DNA from: Phoronis australis
Taxonomy: Eukaryota; Animalia; Phoronida
Assembly: GCA_002633005.1 (NCBI GenBank)
Contig: NMRA01000290.1
Coordinates: forward strand, 1-64,000
Direction: 5' to 3'
DNA: 64,000 bases
The position numbers and the translations under genes are program-made. Below, piece after piece: positions 62,996 to 64,000 of the stretch. Numbering within the stretch: position 1 is the stretch's first letter; every line of letters begins with the position of its first letter. The notes below the pieces were generated by a model that did no database searches, had not been told where the DNA came from, and saw nothing but the letters and a program-made list of their open reading frames with translations.

Positions 62996-63685
62996 ATGAA
63001 CAACACCATTCGCAAAATCGAAATTTGCCGTTTTGAAAGAAGTTGTCAAGAAAGCAAAGTTCTTTGTGAGCTTAACCAATATCGGCTAGAAGAAGTTTAC
63101 TTGCACAAGTTTGTCCGAGCTGTGTGGAAGCATCCCGTAACATGGCTATACGTTGGACTAGTGTATATTTTGTCACTCCTCCAGCTCGGATGGCCACACG
63201 GAATAGCATTGACGCTAGGATTCGCAATTTTGATAACTGTTCGTAGTTTATTAGTTAGTATGAGCTATCTCCGCAGGAAAAAACATGGCCTGTATCTACT
63301 GGATACGTTGAATCGCGACACCACTGCATGTTGGATAGCGCGAAGTGGGAAAAATATAGTGGGCTATGTCGTTTTAGAGGAGGAATACGCCCATATGCCA
63401 GGATGGTCGCGACTTTGCTGCATCGGCGTTTTGAAAGAGTTCCAAAGACAAGGAATCGGGCAAAGATTGATCGCAAATGCTCTTAAGCATGTCGATCAGA
63501 TAGGATCTTTAGGAACTGGGCTGGAAGTTATTACTTTCAACAACGATGCAAGACGATTGTTCGCAAAGATGGGGTTCCAATTTTTCAGGGATTGTTCTTG
63601 CCCATCTTCAGTCTTGCCGTTCGGAATACAGTTTAAATTTCAAATTTACAAAAGAACTGGTCAATCGATCAAAACACCAATATAA
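62996..63685 (+). CDS. Intronless GNAT N-acetyltransferase, NAT8/camello/NAT14-like membrane-anchored type (~229 aa; alternative ATG at 62924)
   Basis: Longest ORF in the window. It has an N-terminal IxRF, a hydrophobic insert (TWLYVGLVYILSLLQLGWPHGIALTLGFAILITV), CWIA..GKNIVGYV, acetyl-CoA motif A (IGVLKEFQRQGIGQRL) and motif B (NNDARRLFAKMGF). ATG 62996 has the better Kozak context. Confidence 0.85.
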   Translation: MNNTIRKIEICRFERSCQESKVLCELNQYRLEEVYLHKFVRAVWKHPVTWLYVGLVYILSLLQLGWPHGIALTLGFAILITVRSLLVSMSYLRRKKHGLYLLDTLNRDTTACWIARSGKNIVGYVVLEEEYAHMPGWSRLCCIGVLKEFQRQGIGQRLIANALKHVDQIGSLGTGLEVITFNNDARRLFAKMGFQFFRDCSCPSSVLPFGIQFKFQIYKRTGQSIKTPI

Positions 63686-64000
63686 GGTCTTCCACAGAGA
63701 AAAGACACCACGTTGTTGCGGGAGCCCTCTGTGGTCAGAATTATCGAATTCTTCATTTTTCGCTATTGTGACCACCGACTCTTTGAACCAATATATCGAC
63801 AACCGATAAACTACAAAAAAGATATCCAACATTCCAAACCGAGGCACGAGGGACAAAGGAGAAATCTATCACTGAGTAATCCGTGACGACCCTATTCCAG
63901 AAATCACTTTGTCGAGGTCAATGTTACGGTGATTGGGTATTACTAATAAAAAATCATCACAAAAGGTGTGTTTGGCTTAACAAATCCCTGGATATATTAT

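Overview
This is AT-rich, intron-rich eukaryotic (animal, probably invertebrate bilaterian) genomic DNA from a draft assembly, with gaps at 2642-2813 and single n at 5912, 46425 and 48390. The first ~20.5 kb has no recognisable host gene. It is a mosaic of decayed transposons: TTAA-flanked Kolobok-like elements with THAP remnants, an Academ-like relic, a Tc1/mariner C-terminus, a LINE RT fragment, tRNA-derived repeats and MITEs. Four host genes follow, reconstructed by hand with GT-AG boundaries and consistent phase. INTS13/asunder (+) has 17 coding exons at 23717-39076, 696 aa. PELO/pelota (-) has at least 10 coding exons at 42193-52969, with ~51 codons lost at the n at 48390. FAAP24 (+) has 4 exons at 53225-58383, lies head-to-head with PELO (255 bp between ATGs), and its last exon was not found. 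An intronless NAT8/camello-like membrane GNAT (+) lies at ~62996-63685. Most short ORFs in the track are noise. I see no solid evidence of a wholly new biological system. The best second-look items are an ordered array of 7 CTCF-like motifs at ~150-bp spacing in a Helentron-like element in a PELO intron, a 28-bp minisatellite that appears to supply the branch point of the INTS13 start-codon exon, a perfect 26-bp hairpin with an 11-bp TSD-like flank, and the possibly nested GNAT gene.
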